64,000 nt of DNA from Octopus sinensis (lineage: Eukaryota). The position numbers and the translations under genes are program-made. The stretch covers positions 186,001 through 250,000 of the forward strand of contig NW_021832230.1 of the NCBI RefSeq assembly GCF_006345805.1. The letters run 5' to 3'. Below the pieces are notes generated by a model. The model made no database searches. It was not told the origin of the DNA and saw only the letters and a program-made list of their open reading frames with translations. Positions 1 to 12,780 of this stretch are shown one piece after another; positions within the stretch are counted from its first letter, which is position 1, and every line of letters begins with the position of its first letter.

Positions 1-1499
1 AAACACCTCAAATCTTCATTACAGTTTTTTCTGTATGCAAAGAGAGGTGGGAGATGGTTCTCCCAGATCCCATTTGTCAACCTCTTACCGTCGCCGAGAA
101 AAAACTTCATTTGTTTCCGGCAAAGATTTTATCATAATGAAGAGTTTTAATTAATAATGTAAGCAGGAAGGTAGAAGGGGGGTTTGTCAGTGAAAAGAAC
201 CGTGAAAAAATCGAAAAAATTCAAGAAAGATTTCGGAAAGCACTACAAGGACCGAATGAACATCTATCCATCGCCTCATTTAAAGAAATCATTTAAAGAA
301 ATTAAAGACAAAAAAATTTCTTAAGTTAAAAAATTTTCTATTACTTTAAACAATGCAATTTTTGGCATACTATGTATTAATTAAATTTGCTATTCTTCTC
401 TAAAGTCACTCCAAAATAATTTAGCACTTACTTCACTAGGATTGGTTTCCCATTTAATAATGTCCAAGGTTTGAAGATATTATACCCTAATCAAAAACGC
501 TAAAGCAAAGCAAAATTTGTCACAACAGCACCTTGGAACTATTTATACTTGAAAAAGTGAATAGAGAAACAATAAGGATTAAAATTAATTTGAAACTACT
601 AATTTTTCTTTTTTCTACGTCGATTGTGTGTTCTATAATAAATTTATAGTATTTAAATACCTTGAACAATATATCTTTCCTCCATTTCCACTACAAAAAG
701 GTCGTTGTTGATAAAAAGACAACGCGGTTGAATCAATATTTGCAGACGGAGGAGGTAAATTTTGAGGATCCATTTCGACTATTGGGATAATTTAAGACGA
801 TTAAATACTTGGGCCTACCCCTGTAAATTTCTTCTTTTTCGTAAAGTGCTCTTTTCTATTAACCCATGTTATGGCTTCCTCGTCATACTATATGTACTTT
901 GTGTTAATTATATAACAACCATTGAAGATTTCCGGATCTGTCGACCGGGATTTCTCAGAAATTTAACTGCGTAGAAACTTCTAACCATTAAATTCGGTCT
1001 ATGGGAGTCATTAAATCATTTAAATTAATATATTAAAATAGAACAAATCTTAAATCAGTAAATGTATTAATGACAGAACTAACCACAGGGATGTAAATTA
1101 ATAAATAATTTATTTAGAATAATTAAAATAATTTTTAAATTTTTATTATAAACTATAATAAAGTTAAGAAAGAATTATTGTTGTGCGAAGAGATATGATT
1201 GAGTAGTCCCGCAAAGAATGGCAATCTAAATTGTTTTTCAGAGCCATGACTATTTCTCTGACTTAATTAAACAAAAAATGACCAGAACTAAAAAGATGCT
1301 AAATTTTTACTTTTTTGGCGGTTCTTCTAAAAGAGGGAAGCTGCCATCAAATAAATCAAATGCAACCAGGATTACCCTGGTTAAGGCCTGCTCTTTTTGA
1401 AAATGGGTAGCAGAGCTGATAGTTTTGTCGGCACACTTTAGATGGATGTATTTAACATTAATAAGACGAAAATGAAGGAAACCCGATCTTTGTATTAAC

Positions 1500-1790
1500 A
1501 CAGTAGTTATAAAATCAGTTGAAAATCTAAAATATCTCGGAATAATTTTGGATGCATCTGGATCATTTAAAATTTATATAATAAACAGAAAGAACAAAGC
1601 TACCTTAATGTTGAAAGCTCTTATATGATTTTGGTTGAAACCGGAAACCTTCCTATACGTATACTCTGCCTTTATACTGCCTATCCTGATCTATGGATTT
1701 CAAGGATGGTTCAAAAGCTGCGAAGAAAAAAAAATTGAACTTTTGGAGAAAACGCGGAGATATGCCATTAAAATGGGGCGTGGCTCGATT
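1500..1790 (+). mobile_element. Degenerate non-LTR retrotransposon (CR1/L2-like) RT C-terminal fragment
   Basis: Manual translation gives ENLKYLGIILDASGSF...ILYSAFILPILIYG, matching the KYLG and post-RT motifs of LINEs; contains stops. Confidence 0.55.
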
Positions 1791-1904
1791 TAAAATCAAA
1801 ACTGACCCCAAAGTTGAAGAAAATTGTACGATCCATTGAAAAATTGTTGCATTCCTTAAGTAAATAATAGTGCATTAATAAAATAAGTCCTAATCGGCTG
1901 GTTA

Positions 1905-2400
1905 CTGGTTTTGTGCTGTGCTGTCGCTATTTAGGAGTGTTGAAGACAGGTGCAGATGATATAATCAAAAATATTAAAGAGGAAATGCAAAATCGTATCG
2001 GTAGACAATCAGAAATTAAACTAAATGCAGGTAATCTACTTAGAACAATTATTGAGCTTGATCTAACACTGTTATGTCGGTCTTCTCAATCAAAAACCAT
2101 TTTTGACGAAATAGACAAATTTATAAAATAAGTCAATCTCCTTAGAAAAACAGTAATCCAGCATCCAGCATGAACACAAACACAGAATTCGTGCATTTTA
2201 AATATAAAACAAGCACATTCGAAGAAATTGCCAATTTAAAGAGAAGCTGGAATAACGCGTGCTATTGGAAGAAAAAGCGGAATTCTATTATTATCGATGA
2301 ACAAAACAACTCCATGTGGGACCAAATACGGAGAAAAGTACTATGAGAGTAAACGTGCCTGTGATACCAGATTATATAGAAAGTAAGTAACTCAAAGAAT
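1905..2400 (+). mobile_element. R4/Dong-clade LINE fragment
   Basis: ORF 1913-2131 reads RYLGV...IKEEMQNRI...KLNAGNLLRTI, the same region as the better-preserved copy at 27282. Confidence 0.6.
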
Positions 2401-2620
2401 AGTCGAGAGCCTGGGGGTCAGCTCAACAACGCCACAGTGCGTATTAAATGGCAGTTTTCGCTGAGTACGACGACCGAGCTGAAAGAGTCAGCTCGTCTCC
2501 CTCCGGTCATTCGTTTTTGAGGAAATTCTCCTACCAATGTCAGTGAGAAGTAGAGTCGCGGTCCCAAGGTTTCGAAGGCAGGGGGGCAAATCAAGAGTCT
2601 GAAATAAGCAGGTTGATTCG
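2400..2620 (-). mobile_element. CRE-clade retrotransposon 3' fragment
   Basis: Minus strand reads PAFETLGP...DIGRRISSKTNDRRETS; the DNA is visibly similar to 44420-44620. Confidence 0.65.
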
Positions 2621-2703
2621 TCCAACTGAAGAGATATAAGGAAAAAACTTAATTGGATCTCTGTAATAATTTAGAACAAAATATCATTGCGTAACTCGCG
2701 CAC

Positions 2704-3600
2704 CAGGGTTGTTAAAAATCATGATTTTTTTCAAAAAATCAAAAAAATCTGATTTTTTTGATTTAATCACGATTTTTTGATTTAAATCAGATTTTTTTGA
2801 ATTAATGATCTTTATTTCAAAACGACCCTTTCCACCTGGCTTATCAGAGAACCTCTCTCTTGTACATAAACACTGAAAAACGGCCACGCAGAACGATCTA
2901 TCGTAGTTCCTTATGTCCACGGGATCACTTAACTAGTTTGCATTACGCTTCTTTCTTTGTGGTCTTCGGGTAATAAATAAAAAAATATTTTCAAAGCGAA
3001 CTAAAATAAAAAACAAAAACAATGGAATCGTTTTATTTATTAAAAGCTTGTAAATGGAAACAAGTTTGGCTGCTTTTTCGATCCCCAGCCTATTGCGTAC
3101 ATTTGAATGTAGAAATCCGAATGTTGAAAAGATTCTTTCTATTCCACCTGTCGAAGCAACTGCTCCAAGAATTTTTTTGCATAGTGAAATTACTTGTGAA
3201 GGTAACTGGTATGAATTCGACTCCCACCAAGCTATAGGTGATACTTTACTCAATTGTTTAAATGGATCAGCTTTTGCTCTGAAATAATCAGAGTCGGAAG
3301 TGCATATTCATAATTTTGAGCACAATAACTCAATGCAATGTCAATCTCAACATTTGAAAGAGATTTCCCAACATGTCGGGTCGATCAAATTCGCAAGTAA
3401 GTGGAAAGGTGTTAATGCTTGTTTTGCTCGAATTCTCACTTTTCCTAAAATATTCGTACATCTTGTCAATATATGTCTGTTCAAGTTCTTTCCAAATTTC
3501 TACAGCATGACTAATCGTGGTAGAATCATTCTGAATTTTATCTAAAGCGACAGCAATTGGTTTAATAAGCATCAGATATTCTTCAACGCGTCGTTTTTAG
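2704..3600 (-). mobile_element. hAT transposon 3' half with terminal repeat
   Basis: ORF 2933-3253 has the hAT dimerisation motif WWES...ASTGGIERIFSTFGFLHSNVRNRL; terminus CAGGGTTG at 2704 is followed by repeated GATTT(T/A)AATC-like subterminal motifs. Confidence 0.8.
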
Positions 3601-4439
3601 GAAATATTTTGGACCTTGGAAAAAATCTCTGTATCAATATCCGTTCTGTGTTCCTCACAAGTTCTCAAATAAGAACCAATTATCCAGATAAGATTGAAAA
3701 CAGTCTGATAAGTGTTCCACCGTACATCAATCGGAAGAACGAGTTTTTTCCTCCATTAGATTTGTACCATGCAGCTGGAAGACGCGCACCCTACGGGTTG
3801 GGAACCGCTGTATAAGGTGTTAATGAAAAATTGCAGATTAGACAAAGCTTTTCATTGACCTCAATGACAGAATTTTTCTTCCCATAATGATTGAAAACAC
3901 CTATTTTTCGTTGAAATTTTTTGAGGACGTTTAAACTCAGGAATTACAAAGACAAATATTAAAGTGTGGCAAATAAAAATTACAGTACGTTTTTTAATTT
4001 AACAAAAACGATTTTTAAATTCACTTATGTGTGCACGTAAGAATACGCAAAAAAATCGAAACATATAATTTCCAAAGAAACCTCGAAGCTTTTAACTATA
4101 CAAAATTTAAAACATTACACAATCTCAATTCAGTAAAGTATTCAACATGCCATTAGGAACAATAAACAAAATCCCAGGCTTTGGACAAAATCCCAAGTTT
4201 GACAACCACTGTCCTAAGCAATGAATCATATTTTAAAATAAGAATTTTAACAAAATTTCCTCGAAGTTTTCCTCAATTCATATGCCGTTATATGAATGGA
4301 TTCAGAATAAAAGATCATTTGGCAATACTATTACAAATGCAATGCTAAAACAAATAAAAATAAAATTGCAAAAAATTTTCATTTCTAAATTTTAAAGCTT
4401 CGAGTACACGAATTAATTCTTTTAAGAATAAATTTTGAA

Positions 4440-5280
4440 TAAAATCTTGTATTATATCAGGAGATGATCAATTAGTCAATCCTGTCTTTTTATATGAAAG
4501 CCATGCTGACTTTTTACCGAAAATGTCATCTTATGGTCTCAAAGATGTGTTTAATTGTGACGAAATCGCATTGTTTTTTAAATGCACGCCACGTAAGACG
4601 TTGACACTACAATCCGATGTAAGAGCATTGGGAAAGGTTTATAAGGATAGAATTACACTTATGTTGTGTACCAATTATTTGGGGGATAAATTAGACCCAT
4701 TTATCATCGGAAAATCAAAAAATCCTCGTTAAACAACTTCCAGTAACATATGGCAACAGCAAAAAACCTTGGATGAATTGTATTTTGTTTGAAATTTGGG
4801 CGAAAAATTTTAATGAAAAAATGAAAATCGAAACATTTTTCTTATGTTAGGCTGCGCATCTGTTCATTGTATTGATAGAAAATACAGTAATATTGATTTT
4901 TTCCATTTCCGCAAATACAACCTCGAAAATATAACCTCTTGATCAAGGAATCATCAGATCTTTTATAGCGAAGTATAAAAACCTCTTGATGAAAAATATT
5001 ACGTTAACTGAAAGAGAGGATACATTTTACTTTCATGAAAAAATCAGAAATTTAAAACTAGTGATGCAATACCATTGATAATTTAAGAGTGGGATGAAAT
5101 TATAATAACAACAGTAACGAATTGCTTTGAAAAAGCATTTAACAATTGGGCAAAGCAGGAACTCCGGATGAAACTAAGGAGGACTCTCCGGTTTCAAATG
5201 ATAATGAAAATTTTGCGTATCAAATTTGCAAAAACAGTGATGAATTTTTGAGAAGAATCGAGTCATGTGTGCACTAAACA
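4440..5280 (+). mobile_element. Tigger/pogo (DDE_1) transposase pseudogene
   Basis: DVFNCDEIALFFKC...KDRITLMLCTN...KLDPFIIGKSKNPR, then PLDQGII; stops and frameshifts present. Confidence 0.85.
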
Positions 5281-5490
5281 TTTCTTGTAGCACTCAATAA
5301 ACATGAAACTTGGAAACAAAATAGACTTTATCTTTAAGAGATCGAATAGGAAGACGATTGGTCGCTGTGGTGCATAAAAGCGAGCAAAGCTCCTCCAATT
5401 TCTTTAAGATGAAGGCGTCTCATTTTTTAGAAGACTATTATAAACAAATTAAGGATTCATAACAAAAGGTAAATAATCACAGACTCAGGA

Positions 5491-5957
5491 CTAACGGGCT
5501 CTACCACGACCCCGTACGCGCGCCCTTCCCCGTCCTCTAGGTCTGACGATATTATTTTCTTGTTTTCTACGCTGACGTTCGTCATCTTTATCCAAAACTA
5601 CGAAATTGAATATTCATATTAAGACCTTCTCCTCTCTTCCTAACCTTCGGTCCGTCGTCGATTAGAAGAGAATCAAGCGGCAAACTATCGGGCAAGATAA
5701 AATAACGAATGTTGTTTCCACGGACTGAAAGAGTATCCAATTGATAGGTGTCTCCACTTTTAGTGGTCATTTTCACCGTCTTTAAATGAGTATTCATGTA
5801 AATGTCGACTCCTATTTTAATATTAGATTGATGCTTACCAGTAATAGTTCCATGAACTTGGGAAGAATTTTTTAATTCAATCGTGACAGTTTCGTGGCTC
5901 AACTTCATTAAAAAACTAGGAAAACTTAAAAACAGATCTAAACCTGACGAGCTTCAT
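5491..5957 (-). CDS. SNRPD1: snRNP core protein Sm D1, 4 exons
   Basis: Removing GT-AG introns 5943-5916 (28 nt), 5838-5812 (27 nt) and 5625-5598 (28 nt) gives [21 protein letters not shown]...HGTITGVD...[17 protein letters not shown] with an RG-rich tail ending at TAG 5491. Confidence 0.95.
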
Positions 5958-6239
5958 CACGAGACTTCAAATTAATATTTAACATTTATAAACTGTTATA
6001 AATAAAAGTAAATTAAAAAATGATAATTTTTAATAACCTTTTTAATTTACCTAAGTGAAAATAAAGATTTTATCTGTTTTCTATGAAATGTATTTAAGTC
6101 TTGCGTATATGTTTTATTCAGACCGCACTTTTCCAAGTTGATTTTTTTGACTATTTTCTTCTGATAAATTCTAATTATATTTGCAAACATATCAATTTCG
6201 CTTCCAAAAGAAGAGCAAAAGTTTTTAGATATTTCAAAA

Positions 6240-7830
6240 TTATGTTAGTTTTGCGCAGAGAAAATTGCTTTTTTGTTTCCGCAAAGAATCTAAATCGAAA
6301 TTGTTTGCCAAAACCATAATGATTCCCGAGGGTAATTTTTCCAAAGCCAATTCTTCTCCCGTTGTTGTGTATAAAAGCCGCGGTTAGATTTCCTGCGTCT
6401 ACAGAGGTATCAAATGCGACGTAGACAAAAAGTGATTTGCCAAGCGAATTTGGTATTTGATACCTTTCATACGCTCGGTTTTGTTCGTAGTGTGCCCGTG
6501 AGATATGGCCGGCGATGTTAGCTTTAACATTGAGAACGTGTCCGTGCAGGTAGCGTCTTAGACAAGTGATCGGCCTTCCCATTATGGGAAAATTGTAAAT
6601 CCGTCCGGTCTCTTGCTATCATCGCGATCGAGGTTTGCTGGCTCAACGATTGAGCGGAACTCTAAGATTTGATTGCGCAAGACACTACATTATTTAAAGT
6701 CGCGTATCCGAGAAGACGGTCGGCGTTGCGGTGGCATGAAGAAAGGTGCATTTTCTTTTCATCTACCATGCTTCCACTGCGACAACGCTGCTTTGAACAT
6801 TAGTTTAGACCGATTCCGAAAGTAACTCCAGTTCTGATGTAGTTATCGTCGAGGAGAATTCCTGTAGATGCAGAAGGAAATACATTCAGCCAGGCAACAT
6901 AGCGCTGATGTGCAGCAGAAAGGAGGTAGGCCAGATAGTGCTAGGTTGAGCGCGGGCTTTAGCCCTTAAAAAGACTTAGTGGCATACAGTCCATTTCAGT
7001 GCGATTGTCTTTATAGGTCAGAAAGAAGTAGGAGGTTTGAGTTTGTCAAGAATTTCCGACAAAAGATATTGGAAGGCGTTAAAATTTCGTGGATAGGACA
7101 ACCGCTGTAGGAAATCAAAAGTTTTCCCTGTCTCCAACCGATATCATTGAATTTGAAGTAGGATCGACTCAGCTAATTATTTTAGGGATTTCTAGAAATT
7201 TCAAAAGAGATCGGCACGAAAACAAGACGGAAAGCAGCGTAGTGTGTATAGTAGTTTAAGAATATGTAACCTGCTCTTCAGCATAAACAATGAGTTGTGA
7301 AAGTTAAGACGAATGTTAGCTTGCAAAGTTCTTCTTTGAAGGACAGTCCACGCCAAAATGCATCAGTTCAAAAAGGAAAACCCAAAAAGGAGGAATTGGC
7401 AAGTTCTATGACAAATAAGCCAGAAAGGTTATTCAAGATCGGCTTGCAGGCCACAAGGAAACCGACCTCAAGGAAGTTGACGTTCACGATTTCGGTTTTC
7501 GACGCATTTTCCACTAACCAGAAGGAATAAATCGCGGGATTAGCCGTCATAACTTATCGATGATTGAGTCCATAGGGCCGTACTAGAAGTCGTCCATGTA
7601 ACAGACGCCCCAAGGAAATGGCTTCGTCGATGTTTTGTCTTCTAAAACAAACGAGCTGGTTGTACCATTAAGAAATGCACCAGATAGGCGATCTTAGTTG
7701 AATACATGACTTGAATTAATCTGAAATACTCGTGAGATAGTGACGCCCTCTTCGATTAGATTGACTCCAGACCTTATTTTTTGAGTGTCCTTTCAAAAAT
7801 TTCCCAAAATTCCCAGATTTATTTGATGAC
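6240..7830 (-). mobile_element. Decayed CRE-clade retrotransposon (RT remnant plus restriction-like endonuclease)
   Basis: LDRDDSKRPDGFTIFP...LV*DATCTDTFS around 6640-6530; the listed ORF 6175-6582 is an off-frame reading of it. Confidence 0.75.
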
Positions 7831-8739
7831 CTAGTTATCTTAATTAACGATTTAAATAAAACAATGAAAAATCATATATTTTTTTAAACAGAATCTTTAC
7901 TGTCTAATCAGCTATAAAATGGGATATACTCCAATAGCTCCGGAACATATAACAAAATTAAAAAGATAAAAGTAATATTATTTAAATTATTACTAATGAA
8001 CGGTAGGCGGACAGCGCAGAAACTTTTAAGCGCAGAAATTTAAGTACGCGTAGACAACAAACATGTTTAAAACATCATTTAATTAACAAATTATGTGCAT
8101 TAATTAATCTTTATTCAGAATACTATTAGATTGGTGTTAGATAAACAAAAAACTTTGGTAAATAACTAATGTTATGTTTTTTAATAAAAAATCTCTACAA
8201 AAAATAGATTTTACATTTATTTTAATAAATTCCCAACCAAACATATTCAATTTTTTTATTCAATGTTTTTGCAATATGAACATTCTTTTTTAATCCCAGA
8301 AAAACACCAAATGAGGCCGCAAGGAAAGCAAAGTATTGCCAAAACGATTCCCTTAATCGTGAATTTTTCTACCATATATCCGATCTAATAAGAAGCTCAG
8401 ATTATTATAATACTCCGCAATTCTTACACATTTTTATATCTCCATCCGCTTTAATTGTTTCCCCAGTCATTAAAAGAAAAATAATTTAATCCAAAATTAT
8501 GCTATTAAAATAAATATTGAATAAAATACAGATAATTATTTGAAAATTTAAGAACTATTCGTTTAAAAGCTTTTTTATAATCGATCTTTATTAAACATTC
8601 GAAAAATATTTTACATGCAAATTAAGAAAAACTGATAATTTGTGAAATTTCTTAATCACAGCTAAGATGATTGCTTCTTTAAATAAATCTTTATTTCTTT
8701 CAATTTTAAATTAACCTAAAACTATGAATTCCTTTCTTC

Positions 8740-9700
8740 TACACATGCCACGAGCACCCTTGTCCAAGAGATTCTCCAACCCGTTACCGAATCTTTTATG
8801 GACTCAGAGTCAGTCGCCGTAGAAAGTCGCTGGCTTGGGTTGTCCCTTAAGTTTCCGCAGAATACACACGCACAGGACGAATGGGACAGGATTCTCTGTG
8901 ATCAGAAGTCAAACAACCTCAAGCCTAAGCTTAACAAACATAGCTTGGCTTGTTTATTGGGCGTCTTGCAACCATATTGACCGCCATCCCTATGAGATCG
9001 ATTTGAACCTTATTGGACGATGATTGCCTGAGGATCGGCGTCTCATTCTGCCTGGGGCTAAACGTATGCAGAGAACACTGGTGCCGCTGTGGATCAACCG
9101 TTGACCCCTTTGGATTGCACCCATTATCGTGTCAGAGAAGCTCCGGACGCTTTCCCCGACACGACATAGTCAAGCGGACTCTTGAAACTGCCGGATTCTC
9201 ATCACAGTTGGAATCGGTCGGCCTGGTTCGGGAGGATGGTAAACGTCCTGACGGCCTAACGACTTTCCCCTTCATCTGGGACGCAACTTGCACGGACACC
9301 TTCTCCGACGGAAACATCTTTACGTCAGCCACAGAGCCGGGCTCCGTGGCCAACCTTGCGGAAACATTAAAAGTCAAGAAATACAGTGCATTATCGCACC
9401 GTCATATCTTTGCCCCGATCGCAGTGGAGACGTCGAGAGTCCTCGGTCCCAGAACTAAAATATTCCGGTACTTTTGTAGTAGTCTACAGCCACTTTCTAG
9501 CGAGTTTCAAAATAATACTATTTTTTACAGTAGACTACTACAAAAGTACCAATATTCCTTATGGGGGAGCTGGCAAGCAGAAGAAAAAATGATCATCGGG
9601 ACGGATATGGCTTTTACAACGCATATCAAGGGCTATCTTGCGTGAGAATTGCCATTCCATCTTATCCTCTGCTGCTAATTAAATACTAAATAATTAATTT
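8740..9700 (+). mobile_element. CRE-clade retrotransposon 3' part
   Basis: ORF 9013-9645 has CCHC (CRCG...HPLSC), RH, DGKRPDGLTTFP, WDATCTDTFS and FAPIAVETS; interrupted by a MITE at 9467-9550. Confidence 0.9.
9467..9550. mobile_element. 84-bp micro-MITE with 21-bp perfect TIRs and 8-bp TSD
   Basis: GGTACTTTTGTAGTAGTCTAC (9467-9487) is the exact reverse complement of 9530-9550; AATATTCC is duplicated at 9459-9466 and 9551-9558. Confidence 0.88.
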
Positions 9701-10249
9701 TTAATATTAAAACTTAATATAAAAAAAGATTTATAAATTGTTTGTTGATGTTAAGTAAAGTATAGAAAAATCTTTATTTTAAAATAATGTAAAATATCAA
9801 TCTGGAAAAAACAAATAAAATAATCAAGTAAATGATCAAGTACAATGTAAATTTATAACTCCGAGCGGACTTTCCTATTTTACTAACATTAAGAATAGAC
9901 TGCTTAAATAAAGAGGTTTGTCTTTCACTGGCAAAATGCTTAAAAATGTAATGAAAATATTTTATAATACCAGTTTGTTAGATAGGAGTTTACTGTCTTT
10001 AACTGCCTCTTTCATATCTAAAGCTACCTTGAATTAAACCAACAAAAATACTTGTTTGACATTCATAGCTTTACGCAGCATGATATCATGTAATGAATTC
10101 TCAGAAAAATAAGATTCATTATCTTTTAAAATTATAAAACACAAGGTAACCATTCATTAGAATATACTATTATATATTTAAACATAATTATATTTTTAAA
10201 TAGCAATAATTATAAATTTATTAAATGTTATTTATATATGGCAGGGGAA

Positions 10250-10510
10250 AAAAGGTTTTGGACTGCGAGAGTTTGATATTTGTTGGCTTTCACGTGATCC
10301 GTCTTGTTTGCTGCATGTCTTGGGGACACGCCCAACAAGACCATATTCGACGTTGAAAACGTGTTCGTGCAGGTGCCTTCTCACATCAGTGATCGGCTCT
10401 CGCGGAATAGAAAGTTTGTCATTCCGTCCAGTCTTTTTCCGTCGCAAGGCCGAGACCGGCTGGTTCGAGGATGGAGAGGAACCCCGCAGCTTGAATGCAC
10501 GAGAAATGAC
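10250..10510 (-). mobile_element. CRE-clade 3' fragment
   Basis: DGKRLDGMTNF...TCTNTFSTSN...AANKT on the minus strand. Confidence 0.7.
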
Positions 10511-11039
10511 ATCATTCAGAGCAGCGGAAATTGTAATTCGGAGTCTATATTATTTCCCATACTAAATGAGATTAGACCCAAACTAAGTGGAATTAATAAC
10601 AAACTAATTGGTACTAGCAGAAAACTTTTTTATGACCCTTAAAGTTGTACATTATAGGTAGCAACTCAGGCACAAACAACAGGCATAACTAGCCTATCGA
10701 AGGCAGAGACAGAGGGAAGAAGTCGTTTGTGCCAATCAACATAGGCCTCCAAACCTTCATTAAAGCTTTCCGTATTTAATGAGAGGTGATTTTTCCAAGT
10801 AAAGTTAAATCCTTCTAAACCGATTCCTTTTGGGATCGACAGAATTGTCCGGTATAGAGGAGAGGCCAGTATATTGAACAATTCATTAAATTTGTTTATA
10901 ACCAAAAAGTGAAAAAGTAAAATTAATAGAATGTGTCGATAAGGATTGCCTCGCATTTAGTTTTGAATCAGCAATCGCTTTATTTTTCAGATGGATCAAT
11001 CTGTTGACAGGATCAAGTAAAGAAAGAAAAATTTTTATT

Positions 11040-11555
11040 TAAAAGAGGCTGTTAGTAGAGGATAGATAAGGACCTTCGGCATTCCTTCCTTTTTAGTTCC
11101 GCACACACGCTCACCTCTCAGCCGCCTTACCTGCAACCCAGACATTTTCTTCTCTAGGACCTCAGGGAGACCTTTGAGGGACAATTCCTGGGTGTCCGAG
11201 AGCTCCTCTCGCTATCCTAAGTTATGGGCTAGCCGGATGGCTCGTTTTCTGACTTTTTGTACTTCTCCCTGTCCTCGCAGAAGTGCCCGGCATGTACGCC
11301 ATAGGTCAACACGGGTAACACCATGGCGTTAAACACGCGTAGCCAGGCACCTCTCCGCAGCCGGAAAGCACGCAACGCGCCTAATCGCTGTATTGCACGC
11401 ATGCTTAAGTACATGCTTATTGAATATCTTGATTCGGTAATTTCAGTGCTTATTGGAACGGATTTTGCTATAGAGTACAATTTCTTGTTTAAATCTTTTT
11501 TGGCTAATCTAACCCGAGTAAATTTTGTAATAGTTTTTCGATGAAATGTGTCCAT
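11040..11555 (-). mobile_element. Composite LINE remnant (RTE-like 3' piece fused to a CR1/L2-like piece)
   Basis: ORF 11229-11555: DTFHRK...NKKLYSIAKSVPISTEITESR (RTE-like) followed by LRVFNAMVLPVLTYG (a different LINE type). Confidence 0.55.
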
Positions 11556-11989
11556 TATGTCACATAATTGAAAGAGGAATTAGTCGAAAATAGAAGAGAG
11601 ACAATGTGGCCGTTCCAAAGGATTTCAGTCCCGATCTTGATAAAAAAGTTTAGCTATTTGATAGACCGATTCTTTAATCCTGGAATAAATCAATAAAATT
11701 TATATATTATTGCATAAAGAGATTTCTCTCATTTCATTCACTTGGTGTTTCATGGGAATTTTTTGTCAATAATTATGTATAGATTTATATTGCCCAAGCT
11801 TTCGAAGTCTCTTTCATTCATAGTCTATAAAAATAGTTCAAAAAAATTACAATTGCACTCGAAATAAGTGGTGCTATCGACAAGAAAGCAAAAGCATGAT
11901 TTAAAAAATCGGTAAAACGATTTAAAATCTATCACAGACAAAAACGATTTAAAATCTATCAGGATACATTTCAATACCACTATGGCTGG

Positions 11990-12780
11990 TACAATTCAGG
12001 GACGTTCAAACAGATTGTTTATAAACGGTTACTAGACTTTCTTTTGCTCGACCGAACAATTGGCCTGATATGGCTTTTAGGGCGACTTTACTGCATGTGA
12101 AGTCAATTTCCTGAGAAAAGAAGAGGCAGTGGTCAAAGATGACCCCCAAAATTCTGGAATGTTCGAGGACGGGTAGTTTTTTAGGGCTGACGTTGAACTG
12201 TTGTCGGTCGGGGATGAATAAGGTCACATATGATTTTGACGGGGAAGGCATCATGTGGTTAGATCTTGCCCAATTGGTAAGACAGTCTAGGTGTGTTTGG
12301 AATCTGACTGTGGCTTCTGTGATTTCCCGATGTTTTGATGCAGTCGCAATGTCGTCTGCGTAACTTAAGAGTAGGGGATGTTCTCAAATGGAGGTTGAAG
12401 AGTAAAGAGGAGGAAGAAGAGTCCTGTGGTACGCCATTTGAAAGGTAGCGGAATCAAGATTTTTTGTTCGCGTATTCTGTACGACCGTGTCTTTCTGATA
12501 AAAAGCTGGTCAGCCATATTTCATAATGTTGGATTCACAAATTTCGGTGCTGATGACATGAAGCGATGTTTAGTCAAATGCCTTACTGATGTTTATTGAT
12601 GTCAGAATTGTTCTTTGGGGTGGATTGTAGTTGTTAAATCTGTCTGCAATGCAATCCGTTAGAGTCATGAAGTAAGTTGTTGTTGAATGTTGTGGGCGGA
12701 AGCCATGTTGAGTTTTGGATAGGTTCAATATGTGTTTCATTAAGTTAAGAATGAATCTTTTTGTGGCGATATTCGGATGT
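11990..12780 (-). mobile_element. I/Jockey-group LINE reverse transcriptase pseudogene
   Basis: QHGFRPQHSTTT...ISKAF...YADD...ILGVIFD motifs in the correct order. Confidence 0.8.

Noticed and set aside
1-300. Possible 3' exons of a plus-strand gene (KVEGGFVSEKNREKIEKIQERF...)
   Set aside because: Too short and truncated by the window edge to identify.
733-988. Possible small spliced gene on the minus strand (MVRSFYAVKFLRNPG...YDEEAITWVNRKEHF)
   Set aside because: Plausible GT-AG introns, but several alternative splicings and no recognisable homology; cannot support a call.
2696-3810. CGCGCAC repeated at 2697 and 3783 as a possible hAT TSD
   Set aside because: The second copy is not preceded by the complementary TIR; 3796-3810 (GGTTGGGAACCGCTG) looks like the end of a different hAT element.
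6175-6582. 135-aa ORF as a novel gene
   Set aside because: It is an alternative frame over a decayed CRE endonuclease region.
10666-10956. 96-aa ORF
   Set aside because: No recognisable motif; lies between LINE remnants and is probably TE-derived.
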